From the NCBI GenBank assembly GCA_944362555.1, contig CALVTL010000006.1, positions 2,318 to 66,317 of the forward strand: DNA of 64,000 nt. Reading direction: 5' to 3'. The notes below the pieces were generated by a model. That model saw only the letters and a list, made by a program, of their open reading frames with translations. It searched no databases and was not told where the DNA came from. Every line of letters begins with the position of its first letter. The stretch's first letter is position 1. This document shows, piece by piece, positions 37,835-46,268 of the stretch. The position numbers and the translations under genes were made by a program. The stretch is from an uncultured Clostridia bacterium (lineage in GTDB: Bacteria > Bacillota > Clostridia > Christensenellales > Borkfalkiaceae).

Positions 37835-37849
37835 AGAACAAATGTTTGC
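37835..37849. promoter_or_regulatory. LexA (SOS) box AGAACAAATGTTTGC
   Basis: Matches the Firmicutes GAAC-N4-GTTC/T consensus; overlaps the -35 of the lexA promoter. Confidence 0.75.
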
Positions 37850-37874
37850 AATTTCCGAAGAAATGTGCTATAAT
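37846..37874 (+). promoter_or_regulatory. lexA promoter TTGCAA-17-TATAAT (TGn extended -10)
   Basis: Hexamers read directly, 22 nt upstream of the lexA ATG. Confidence 0.7.
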
Positions 37875-37895
37875 GGACATAGTAAGGAGACCGCT

Positions 37896-38492
37896 ATGCT
37901 CAACAAATCGAAATTGGATACCGTGTTCGAGTTCATCACCAACTATACCGACGAAAACGGGTTCCCGCCCACCGTGCGCGAGATCTGCTCGGAGCTGCAC
38001 ATCAAATCGACGGCGACCGCGTACGACTATATCAACCGCCTGAAGGAGATGGGACGGCTGCAGAAGACGGCGGGAAAGAAGCGCGCCGTCGCAGTCGCCA
38101 ACACCAACTCCGTGCGCGTTCCGCTCATCGGTACCGTCACGGCAGGTACCCCCATCCTCGCCGCCGAAAATTACGAGGGATATTACACCCTCCCCACGGC
38201 GGAATTTCAGGGCGACGATCTGTTCCTGCTCACCGTCAAGGGCGACAGTATGATCGAGGCGGGCATCTTCAACGGCGATAAGATCGTCGTCAAAAAGCAG
38301 GAAACTGCCGAGAACGGCGACATCGTGGTCGCCATGTTCGACGACGGCATCGAGGAAGGCGCCACCGTCAAGCGCTTTTTCCGCCGCGACGGCAAATTCA
38401 TCCTCCATCCCGAGAACAGCGCCCTTTCCGACTATGTGCTGGATACCGTCACCATCCTCGGCAAGGTCATCGGGCTGCTGCGCTCCTTCTGA
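37896..38492 (+). CDS. lexA: LexA repressor
   Basis: Winged-helix N-terminus, cleavage region VAAG..GTP, S24 motifs GDSM and VVKR; SD aaggag. Confidence 0.9.
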   Translation: MLNKSKLDTVFEFITNYTDENGFPPTVREICSELHIKSTATAYDYINRLKEMGRLQKTAGKKRAVAVANTNSVRVPLIGTVTAGTPILAAENYEGYYTLPTAEFQGDDLFLLTVKGDSMIEAGIFNGDKIVVKKQETAENGDIVVAMFDDGIEEGATVKRFFRRDGKFILHPENSALSDYVLDTVTILGKVIGLLRSF

Positions 38493-38499
38493 AATTATG

Positions 38500-38527
38500 A
38501 AAAAACTCCCCGCGGGGAGTTTTTTTT
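38500..38527. terminator. Bidirectional terminator (lexA / rluB)
   Basis: AAAAAACTCCCCGCGGGGAGTTTTTTTT. Confidence 0.9.
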
Positions 38528-39230
38528 ACAGATTTTTGAGGTAGAACACCTCTTCCTGCGAGAGTTTGCGCACCGCGCCGCGGTCAAGCCCCGTCAGCGT
38601 GAGTTCGCCGATCTTCAGCCGCTTCAAAAACGCCACTTCCTTGCCGATGACCTCGAACATCTTGCGGATCTCGCGGTTCTTGCCCTCGGTGAGCACGACG
38701 CGCAGCTTGGTGAATTTTTTATTGGTCTCCACCACGGTAATGCGACACTTCTTTGTCACGACGCCGCGCTCGATCTCCACGCCCGCGCGCAGGCGGTTGA
38801 GCTGCACGTCGGTGACGGAGCCCTCCACGCGCACGAGGTAGGTCTTTGCGATCTCGCTCTGGGGCGCCGTGAGGCGGTAGGCAAGGTCGCCGTCGTTGGT
38901 GAGGATGAGCATCCCCTCGGTGTCGTAGTCAAGGCGCCCCACGGGGAACACCCTGCCCGCGCCCGCGGGAAGCAGATCCATCACCGTCTTTCTGCCCTTG
39001 TCATCCGACACGGTGCAAAGATACCCCTTGGGTTTGTTGAGAAGATAGTATTCGTATTTTACCTTATGGGAGAGCTCCTTGCCGTCCAGCATGACGGTAT
39101 CCGCCCCCGTGACGTCATCGCCCGCACGGGCGACTTTTCCGTTGATGGTCACTCTGCCTGCGGCGATGATCTCGTCGCTGCCGCGGCGGGACGCAACGCC
39201 CTGTTCCGCAAGAAATTTGTTGATACGCAT
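38526..39230 (-). CDS. rluB: Pseudouridine synthase, RsuA/RluB family
   Basis: S4 domain (MRINKFLAEQGVASRR) and catalytic GRLDYDTEG motif. Confidence 0.85.
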   Translation of the reverse strand: MRINKFLAEQGVASRRGSDEIIAAGRVTINGKVARAGDDVTGADTVMLDGKELSHKVKYEYYLLNKPKGYLCTVSDDKGRKTVMDLLPAGAGRVFPVGRLDYDTEGMLILTNDGDLAYRLTAPQSEIAKTYLVRVEGSVTDVQLNRLRAGVEIERGVVTKKCRITVVETNKKFTKLRVVLTEGKNREIRKMFEVIGKEVAFLKRLKIGELTLTGLDRGAVRKLSQEEVFYLKNL

Positions 39231-39246
39231 GAAAGCCCTGCCAGAT

Positions 39247-40257
39247 TTATTTCCCTTCCATGATATACAAATTCTGTGAAAAAATCAAGTTATTTTCAAG
39301 AAATATTTGGAGAGTTCCCGCAACTGCCCCCTTTTCTTCGGGAACGGGCTGCAAAAGGTCGTACTCCGTGCGGATGAGCGCGAGCTCCTCGCGCCGCAGC
39401 GGGTAGAAAAATTCCTCCCGCACCCCCGTTCCCGGCGGCAGCAGCTTCCTGTCGGTGAGCGGCGTCATTGTGTAAGATGCAAACGCGCCGTCCAAAAGTT
39501 CCGCCGTCCGCTCGTACATCTGCGGACAGCCGAGCACGACGCAGACGAGCTCCATCTCTCCCCGCACGGCGCTCGTCACAAGGCACCTGCCGGCGTCCGT
39601 CGTGAATCCCGTCTTGACGCCGTTCGCCCCCTCGTAGGAGGAGAGCATCTTGTTTTTATTCGCCCAGCCGCGCGGGGCGTAGTATTTTGTGCCGACGATG
39701 GTGCGGAACACCTCGTTGCGCATGGCGTACGCTGCAATGCGCGCCAGATCGCGCGCCGTCGTCTTGTGCCGCTTGTCGGGCAAGCCGTGCGGATTGACGA
39801 AGTGGCTGTCCGTCGCACCCAGGAGCGCCGCCTTTTCGTTCATCGCCTGTGCGAACGCCCCGATGCTCCCGCTGTGGAACAGGGCGAGCGCCACGGCGGC
39901 GTCGTTTCCCGACCGCAGCATGAGCCCGTATAAGAGCTCCTCCACGGTGTACGTTTCCCCCGCCTTCAAGTAGATGCTCGAGCCCTTCGTCCCCGCTGCC
40001 TGTGCGGGGATGGTGACGGTGTCCGAAAGGCAGCAGTCGTCGAGGATGAGGATGGCGGTGAGGATCTTGGTGGTGCTCGCGTTGGGGAGCGGCGTATCGG
40101 AATGACGTTCGTGCAGAACGCGCCCCGAATGTACTTCCAGAACGCACTCCGCGCGCGCCGCGGGCTGCGCGAAGGTGACGAGCCGCACGCCGCCCGCAAG
40201 CAACAGAACGAAAAAGAACGCCGATAAAAGGACGACGGGCAGCCTGCTCTTACGCAT
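39247..40257 (-). CDS. dacB: D-alanyl-D-alanine carboxypeptidase (S11), dacB-like
   Basis: ASTTK (SxxK), SGN and KTG motifs; lies downstream of scpA-scpB as dacB does in Bacillus. Confidence 0.75.
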   Translation of the reverse strand: MRKSRLPVVLLSAFFFVLLLAGGVRLVTFAQPAARAECVLEVHSGRVLHERHSDTPLPNASTTKILTAILILDDCCLSDTVTIPAQAAGTKGSSIYLKAGETYTVEELLYGLMLRSGNDAAVALALFHSGSIGAFAQAMNEKAALLGATDSHFVNPHGLPDKRHKTTARDLARIAAYAMRNEVFRTIVGTKYYAPRGWANKNKMLSSYEGANGVKTGFTTDAGRCLVTSAVRGEMELVCVVLGCPQMYERTAELLDGAFASYTMTPLTDRKLLPPGTGVREEFFYPLRREELALIRTEYDLLQPVPEEKGAVAGTLQIFLENNLIFSQNLYIMEGK

Positions 40258-40627
40258 CTTCCCCCTTTTTGAGCAGCCTGGCGATGATGTCGCCCGCCCG
40301 CTCGATGACGCCGTCCAGCGCGTCGTCCGTGATGCGCACGACGCGGCACTCCTTGCCGTCGTCGATGAGGAAGCCTGCGGGCTTCACATTGACCACCGTT
40401 CCCGCGCCGCCCGCAAAGGGCAGGCACTCGTTCTCCTCCACCTTCTTGACGTCGCCGTATTCGCCCCCGCCCGTCAGATACCCCATCGTCACCTTGGTGA
40501 ACGGGATGACCTGCGCGCCGCTCGCCGTCTGCAAAGGTTTTCCGATGACGGTGTTCACGTCGACGATGCCCGTCAGTTTTTCCGCAGTTTTTTCGAGAAA
40601 ATTGTCCATCTTCTTTGTCTTATCCAT
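40250..40627 (-). CDS. ytfJ: Sporulation protein YtfJ (GerW family)
   Basis: VIGKPLQTASGAQVIPFTKVTMGYLTGGGEYG is typical of YtfJ. Confidence 0.8.
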   Translation of the reverse strand: MDKTKKMDNFLEKTAEKLTGIVDVNTVIGKPLQTASGAQVIPFTKVTMGYLTGGGEYGDVKKVEENECLPFAGGAGTVVNVKPAGFLIDDGKECRVVRITDDALDGVIERAGDIIARLLKKGEDA

Positions 40628-41151
40628 TGATATACCCCCTCCATTCCCATTTTGGCGAGCGCCGCTAAAACGACCAGCCCGTTCATGAGCGCGACAAGCT
40701 CCATGCTCCCTTTCAGACAGGGATGCGGATAGAAGATCGCCCTGCTCTTATAGGAGAGCGCGGGCTGCATCTCCTGGAGAACGGCGTAGACCGCCCCGCC
40801 CGCAGCCGAAAAAAGGGCTGCGAACGCCATCATGGCGGCATTGTGTGCGCCGCCAAATTCCATGACGCGGTGCAGCCGCATGAGCTGGACCCCCTTTGTG
40901 ACCCCGAACTTCTTCCGCGCGCCAGAAAGCTGCGAATAGGAAAGGATGACCGCTTTCTTTTGCGTGAGATGAAAGACGATCCCCTCGCCGCGCAGCTCGG
41001 CATATCCCCCGAACAGCCGCAGGCGGAAAATGGAGATGCAGAACCACGCCCTGTTTTCCGCCGCGTCGAAGTAAACTTCCGCGCCCGCCCGGATGGGAAA
41101 GAGCAGCAAAAGCGCCCCGAAAAAGAACGAATACACAAAAAATTCGCCCAT
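40573..41151 (-). CDS. DUF2953/YtfI-like membrane protein
   Basis: Start set at MGEFFVYSFFFGALLL; position upstream of ytfJ; weak family recognition. Confidence 0.45.
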   Translation of the reverse strand: MGEFFVYSFFFGALLLLFPIRAGAEVYFDAAENRAWFCISIFRLRLFGGYAELRGEGIVFHLTQKKAVILSYSQLSGARKKFGVTKGVQLMRLHRVMEFGGAHNAAMMAFAALFSAAGGAVYAVLQEMQPALSYKSRAIFYPHPCLKGSMELVALMNGLVVLAALAKMGMEGVYQWIRQRRWTIFSKKLRKN

Positions 41152-41188
41152 ATCCGTAATATGGGCGAATTTTCTCAAATTATGTAAT

Positions 41189-41890
41189 TCAATCGATCTT
41201 GACGATGTCCGCGTCGTCCAGCCCCCGCAGAAAGTCGGGGATCTCGTAGCCGCCCGCATCGGCGGACGCGTCGTCCTCCGAAGGCGCTGCGGGGCGGGCG
41301 GCATCCCCCTGCCCTTCGCCCTCCTCGTGCAATTCGTCGCGGGCGTAGAGATAGGTGTCGTGCTCTTCCGAGCGCGTGATGGCAGCCATCAGCGCGTCAT
41401 AATCGGGCAGATCGGCGAGCGAATTGAGCTTGAACCGCTTCAGAAATTCATCCGTCGTCGCAAACAGAACGGGGCGGCCGACGGCGTCTTTTCTGCCGCA
41501 CGGATAGATGAGCTTGAGTTCAAGGAGCGCATTGACCGCGTAGTCGCTGTTCAGCCCGCGCAGAAGTTCGATCTCCGTGCGCGTGATGGGCTGTTTGTAG
41601 GCGATGATGGCGACCGTCTCCAAAATGGTGCGGGTAAGCTCCTTCTCGCGGATGGGATTGAGCACCGCCGAGACGCCCTCCTTATATTTGGGGTTGGAGC
41701 CGAGCTGTGCCTTTTTGTTGAATTCGAGCAGCACGATGCCGCCGTCCTCGCCGTAGCGCTCGCGCAGCTCTTTGAGCGATTTTTTCACCTCGCCCTCCGT
41801 GACTTCGAGCTTCTCGGCAATATCCGCAATGGGAACGCCCTTCCCGGAGGCGAACAAGATCGCCTCAATCGTATTCGTCAATCGTTCCAA
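41189..41890 (-). CDS. scpB: Segregation and condensation protein B
   Basis: IEAILFASGKGVPI..IAYKQPITRTEIE..RG winged-helix pair. Confidence 0.9.
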   Translation of the reverse strand: MERLTNTIEAILFASGKGVPIADIAEKLEVTEGEVKKSLKELRERYGEDGGIVLLEFNKKAQLGSNPKYKEGVSAVLNPIREKELTRTILETVAIIAYKQPITRTEIELLRGLNSDYAVNALLELKLIYPCGRKDAVGRPVLFATTDEFLKRFKLNSLADLPDYDALMAAITRSEEHDTYLYARDELHEEGEGQGDAARPAAPSEDDASADAGGYEIPDFLRGLDDADIVKID

Positions 41891-42686
41891 GACCTGCCTC
41901 CTCGTCTCTGTCGGGGTTGAGCGAAATGACGATCTCCCCGAACGTCTCCTCCTGCCTCACGCGCAGGAACTGATATTTGAGAAGTTCGAGGATCGCCTGA
42001 AAGGTCGTCACGATCTCCGACTTCGTAAAATCTTTGGTAAAGAGCTGCTCGAACAGCACTTCCTTCTGCTCTTCCAGACATTCGAGCACGAACGCGATCT
42101 TCTGTTCGACGGTGAAGGAGTCGCGCGGGATCTCGCGCACTTCCTCCGCCTTGATGGTCTCCTCCCGCTTCAAAAGCAGCATGGAGAAGGCGTTGATAAG
42201 CCCGTTCATCGTCAGATTTTCCAGCGTGAACACGGTGCGCACTTCGCCCACGTCCTTATCGGGCTCCTTGAAAAAGTAACCGATGGTCTCCAGCTCCTTG
42301 AGCTTTTTGGTCTCCTCTTTGATGAGCTTATACTGCTCCTCGAGCGCGCGGATGAGCGCGGCTTTTTCGTCCTCGATCTCAGCGTCGAGTTCGGGATCCT
42401 CCTCCACGTTTGGAACGAGCGACTGCGCCTTGATCTTGATGAGGGTGGCGGCGATATCGAGATAGTCGCTCACCTTGTCGACGTCCAGATAGGGAAGCCC
42501 CTTCATATAGTCGAGGAACTGCTCCGTGACCTGGGAAACGAAGATGTCCTGGATTTCGATCTCCGCCTTGTTGACGAGATACAACAACAAATCAAGCGGC
42601 CCCTCAAAGTTGTCGAGCACCGTCGTATAGTCGACGTTGGAGTCGAATTTGTCCCGAATGGACTGAATTTTATCCTGATCTACCAT
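41865..42686 (-). CDS. scpA: Segregation and condensation protein A
   Basis: FEGPLDLLLYLV N-terminal motif; start placed at MVDQDK (uncertain). Confidence 0.85.
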   Translation of the reverse strand: MVDQDKIQSIRDKFDSNVDYTTVLDNFEGPLDLLLYLVNKAEIEIQDIFVSQVTEQFLDYMKGLPYLDVDKVSDYLDIAATLIKIKAQSLVPNVEEDPELDAEIEDEKAALIRALEEQYKLIKEETKKLKELETIGYFFKEPDKDVGEVRTVFTLENLTMNGLINAFSMLLLKREETIKAEEVREIPRDSFTVEQKIAFVLECLEEQKEVLFEQLFTKDFTKSEIVTTFQAILELLKYQFLRVRQEETFGEIVISLNPDRDEEAGLGTIDEYD

Positions 42687-43366
42687 GGAATAAGTCCCCA
42701 AAGCGCTTTGATGGGCCAGCCGAGCAGCTCGGTCGCAAACTGCATGAACCACCCCAAAATGTCGAACCATGCCATCTGCGAGATGCCGAAGCGCACGAGC
42801 AGCTTGCATAAAAAGCTCTCGGCGATGAGCGCAAACAAAATGTACTGCCCGTTGCTGCGCAGAAAGCGGGTCACGCGCCCGTTCCGCCTGTCGGCGGCGT
42901 CGAGGATGCGGAACCCGTCCAGCGGATAGAGCGGGAGCAGGTTAAAGACAAAAAAGCTCAGGCTGTACGCAAAAACAAAATAGAAGAAGTCGCGCAGAAG
43001 GAGCGTTACAAAGGGAATGTGCGGGACGTAATACGCGACAACGAGATAGAGCGGATAAACAAGAAATGCCAAAATAAAATTGGCGACAACGCCCGCACAC
43101 GCCGTAAGGATGAGCCCCGCGCGGTAGTTGCGGAAATTGTACGCATTGACGGAGACAGGCTTCGCCCAGCCGAATCCCACAAAAGTGAAACACAAAAGCC
43201 CCCAGAGGTCATAGTGGCGCAGGGGGTTGAGCGAGAGCCGCCCCTCCCATTTGGGGGTCGGGTCGCCGCATTTGTATGCCACGAGCGCGTGCGCAAATTC
43301 GTGGAGCGTCAGAACGATGACGACGGCGCAAAAACTTGCGAGCAGCTCAACGATATAGTCAGCCAT
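42680..43366 (-). CDS. Site-2 protease (M50) family membrane metalloprotease
   Basis: HEFAHALVA (HExxH) within a TM segment and NLLPLYPLDG motif. Confidence 0.75.
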   Translation of the reverse strand: MADYIVELLASFCAVVIVLTLHEFAHALVAYKCGDPTPKWEGRLSLNPLRHYDLWGLLCFTFVGFGWAKPVSVNAYNFRNYRAGLILTACAGVVANFILAFLVYPLYLVVAYYVPHIPFVTLLLRDFFYFVFAYSLSFFVFNLLPLYPLDGFRILDAADRRNGRVTRFLRSNGQYILFALIAESFLCKLLVRFGISQMAWFDILGWFMQFATELLGWPIKALWGLIPW

Positions 43367-43378
43367 AATATATCATCT

Positions 43379-43407
43379 ATTATACCGCATTTTTTTGAAA
43401 ATAGCAA
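43379..43407 (-). promoter_or_regulatory. S2P protease promoter TTGCTA-17-TATAAT, 12 nt before the ATG
   Basis: Read directly; no SD. Confidence 0.5.
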
Positions 43408-43533
43408 GAGAATGTTCGGCGCGTGACAAAAAATCCTCCCACAAAATGTGTGTTTTTTGCGTGCTGCCGCAATATCTTGTATTTTTCTTGTATAGAACGG
43501 GATAGAACGGGCGGACAAGCCGCGCTCCGTTCC

Positions 43534-44862
43534 TTATTTGAGCCGATCGGGAAGAACGTCGTTGCGCACGAGGTCCTCATACGTCTGCGGCTTTACGATG
43601 TATTCCGCCTCCCCGTTCTTTACAAGCACGGCGGGCGGGATGGGATTGCGGTTATAGTTGGACGCCATCGAGTAGTTGTACGCCCCCGTGGAGAGCACGG
43701 CGAGGATGTCCCCCCGCTCCACTTTGGGAAGGTTGAAATCGACGCCGATGAGATCGCCGCTCTCGCAGCACTTGCCCGCGATGCTGATAAGCTCCGTATT
43801 CTCCTCCGCCGCGCGGTTGGCGATCACCGCCGTGTATCTGCTCTGATAGAGCGCATAGCGGGGATTTTCAAACATTCCGCCGTCCACCGCCGCATATTTG
43901 CGCACGCCCGGGATGTCCTTGACGGCGCCCACCGTGTAGAGCGTGATGCCTGCCTCGCCCACGATGGAGCGACCGGGCTCCAGATAGACGAAGGGAAGGC
44001 GAAGTCCGAGCGCCTTGCAGCCCGCCTTGACGGTGGAAAGGAGCGCTTTAAGATACTCCGCATACCCCTCCGCGCCGATCATCGCGTCGCCCTCCGCGTA
44101 CCAGATGCCGAACCCGCCCCCCATGTTGAGCGCGTCCGCCTCAAAGCCGAATTTCGCCTTCATCTCCGCCATAAAGGCGAGATTTTTTTCGACGGCGAGC
44201 ACGAAGGACTGTTTTTCAAAGATCTGCGAACCGATGTGGCAGTGATAGCCGTGCAGGCGCAGATGGGGCTTGGAGAGAAGATACCCCGTCATCATCTCCG
44301 CCGCGCCGCTCGCAACGGAAAAGCCGAACTTGGAATCGGGCGTCGCCGTCTGCACATAGGCGTGCGTGTGCGCCTCCACTCCGGGATTGATGCGCAGCAG
44401 AACGTCCTGCACCATGCCCCGCTTTTTCGCCTCCGCCTCGATAAGGTCCGCCTCCGACGGCGAATCGACGACGATCAACGCGATCTTCGCGTCGAGCGCC
44501 TCGCAGATCTCGTGTGGGAGTTTGTTGTTGCCGTGCATGACGATCTTCTGCGCAGGAAAGCCCGCCCGAAGCGCCGTATAGAGCTCTCCGCCCGAAACGA
44601 CGTCCACGCCGATCTTCTCCTGCTTTGCAATGGCATAGATCGCCTCGCACGCGAACGCCTTGGAGGCATACAGAACGAGCCCGTTGCCTGCATATTCCCG
44701 TTCGATGGTATCGCGGTAGACGCCCATCATGCGGCGGATGTACGCCTCGTCAAAGACATAGAGCGGCGTTCCGAAGCACTCGGCAAGTCCGACGCAGTCC
44801 GCGCCACCGATCTCCAGGTGACCTTTTTCGTTGATTTTCAAAGTATCTCTTGTATGGATCAT
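43534..44862 (-). CDS. lysA: Diaminopimelate decarboxylase
   Basis: FGTPLYVFDE, YASKAF (PLP Lys), HCHIGSQ and CESGD motifs; start at MIHTRD (ATG at 44862). Confidence 0.9.
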   Translation of the reverse strand: MIHTRDTLKINEKGHLEIGGADCVGLAECFGTPLYVFDEAYIRRMMGVYRDTIEREYAGNGLVLYASKAFACEAIYAIAKQEKIGVDVVSGGELYTALRAGFPAQKIVMHGNNKLPHEICEALDAKIALIVVDSPSEADLIEAEAKKRGMVQDVLLRINPGVEAHTHAYVQTATPDSKFGFSVASGAAEMMTGYLLSKPHLRLHGYHCHIGSQIFEKQSFVLAVEKNLAFMAEMKAKFGFEADALNMGGGFGIWYAEGDAMIGAEGYAEYLKALLSTVKAGCKALGLRLPFVYLEPGRSIVGEAGITLYTVGAVKDIPGVRKYAAVDGGMFENPRYALYQSRYTAVIANRAAEENTELISIAGKCCESGDLIGVDFNLPKVERGDILAVLSTGAYNYSMASNYNRNPIPPAVLVKNGEAEYIVKPQTYEDLVRNDVLPDRLK

Positions 44863-44868
44863 GTCATT

Positions 44869-44898
44869 ATTATAGCACAACCTTGCGGGCGCGGTCAA
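44869..44898 (-). promoter_or_regulatory. lysA promoter TTGACC-18-TATAAT, 6 nt before the ATG
   Basis: Read directly; no SD; leaderless-type arrangement. Confidence 0.55.
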
Positions 44899-44927
44899 AT
44901 AAAAACAGACACAGCACCGTGCAAACG

Positions 44928-44955
44928 ATATACTATGTCTGTCATATTACTATGC
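44928..44955. repeat. Palindromic element copy 4 (core TATGTCTGTCATA, 1 mismatch)
   Basis: Read directly; intergenic between the dac stop and the lysA promoter; shares flank CATATTACTATGC with copy 5. Confidence 0.8.
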
Positions 44956-44966
44956 TAATTGGCAAT

Positions 44967-46124
44967 TTACCACATTCGCGCCCCTTCCCGATAGGCTTCC
45001 CACCAGGTGTAGCGGGGCGCATCCGCAGCAGCGAGCAGCGGCGTTCTGGCAACTTCCACGCCATCACGCATCAAAAGTGCCTGCCCCACCTCTTGTCCCG
45101 CGGCAACGGGCGCGCGCAATTCTCTTTCACACTGCGTCACAACGGTATATTGCTCCTCCGTTCCGCGCCGTTTGAGTGCGCCCAGCGCGCTCTGCGCGCG
45201 CACGGCGACCTCCTTCGTCGCACTCCCGCGCACCGTGACGGGCTCTTCAATCTCCTCTCCCGCGCGCAGATACGTTTCACTCACGAACCGATCGAAGGCG
45301 TAGTCGAAGAGCGTGCTTGCCGCCGCAAACCTTGTTTTGGAGTCGGGCGAGCCGATGACGACGGAGATGACGCGCATCTCCCCGCGCCTCGCGCAGGCGG
45401 CAAGGCAGAACCCCGCCTCGTTGGTAAATCCCGTCTTGCCGCTCTCGCATCCGCCGTACGCGCGCAGCAGCTTATTCGTGTTGGTCATCTGCGTCGTTCT
45501 GCCGTCCGGGTGGGAGAAATCCTCCAGGCGGATGCGCGCATATTCATGATATTTTTCGTGCGCAATGAGGGCGCGAAGCATGAGCGCGACGTCCTTCGCG
45601 CAGGAGTACTGCGGCTCCTTCGGAAGTCCCGTACAGTTCGCAAACAGCGTATTTTCCGCGCCCAACTGCTTTGCGCGGGCATTCATCTCCTCGCAGAACG
45701 CGCCCTCGCTCCCCGCAAGGCGCTCCGCGATCGCCACGCAGGAGTCGTTCGCCGAACAGACCGCAATGCTCTTTAAGAGCTGATCGACGGTGTAGGAGAG
45801 CCCCGCGCCGAGGAACACCTGCGAGCCTCCCATCCCCGCGGCGCGTTCGGAGGCGACCACCTCCTCCGAATAGGAGAGCTCCCCCGCGTCCGCCGCTTCA
45901 ATCGCGAGAAGCAGCGTCATGATCTTGCACATACTCGCAATGGGCAGCCGCTTCGTTTCCTCTTTTGCGTACATCTGCACGCCCGTCGCGTCGTCCATGA
46001 GGTACGCCGCCTTGCAGTCCGCCGCCACTTCCTCCGCCGAGGCACTCCTTGCAGCGCCCGCCCCCGTCAACAGGGACGCGCCCAGCACGAGCACCGCCGC
46101 AGCCGTCATCCAAATCTTTTTCAT
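44967..46124 (-). CDS. D-alanyl-D-alanine carboxypeptidase (S11), dacA/dacF-like
   Basis: Signal peptide, SMCK (SxxK), SAND and KTGFT motifs plus PBP5 C-terminal domain. Confidence 0.8.
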   Translation of the reverse strand: MKKIWMTAAAVLVLGASLLTGAGAARSASAEEVAADCKAAYLMDDATGVQMYAKEETKRLPIASMCKIMTLLLAIEAADAGELSYSEEVVASERAAGMGGSQVFLGAGLSYTVDQLLKSIAVCSANDSCVAIAERLAGSEGAFCEEMNARAKQLGAENTLFANCTGLPKEPQYSCAKDVALMLRALIAHEKYHEYARIRLEDFSHPDGRTTQMTNTNKLLRAYGGCESGKTGFTNEAGFCLAACARRGEMRVISVVIGSPDSKTRFAAASTLFDYAFDRFVSETYLRAGEEIEEPVTVRGSATKEVAVRAQSALGALKRRGTEEQYTVVTQCERELRAPVAAGQEVGQALLMRDGVEVARTPLLAAADAPRYTWWEAYREGARMW

Positions 46125-46217
46125 ATCCGCAGTATGCGCCCAAAGGGAAAGAATATACATATTATATCACGGTTGAACTCCGCGCTCCCGCACAAATTCC
46201 CCGCCCCGCTTTTTTGC

Positions 46218-46266
46218 GCAAAAGGCGCAGGGGGCGCGTTCGCTGCCGAAACGCGCCCCCTGCGCT
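46218..46266 (-). terminator. spoIVB terminator
   Basis: 17-bp GC-rich stem GCGCAGGGGGCGCGTTT/AACGCGCCCCCTGCGC. Confidence 0.7.
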
Positions 46267-46268
46267 CT

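Noticed and set aside
35245-38525. Canonical dif site in the polarity-switch region
   Set aside because: Scanning by eye found no 28-bp XerC/XerD-type site (arms ending ..CATAA / TTATG.. around a 6-bp spacer). AT-rich stretches here are explained by promoters and terminators.
44863-44966. Lysine riboswitch (L-box) upstream of lysA; likewise T-box or riboswitch leaders for proC and ilvC
   Set aside because: The available leaders are too short (0 to about 40 nt from the predicted promoters). None of the conserved L-box or T-box core sequences I remember are visible.
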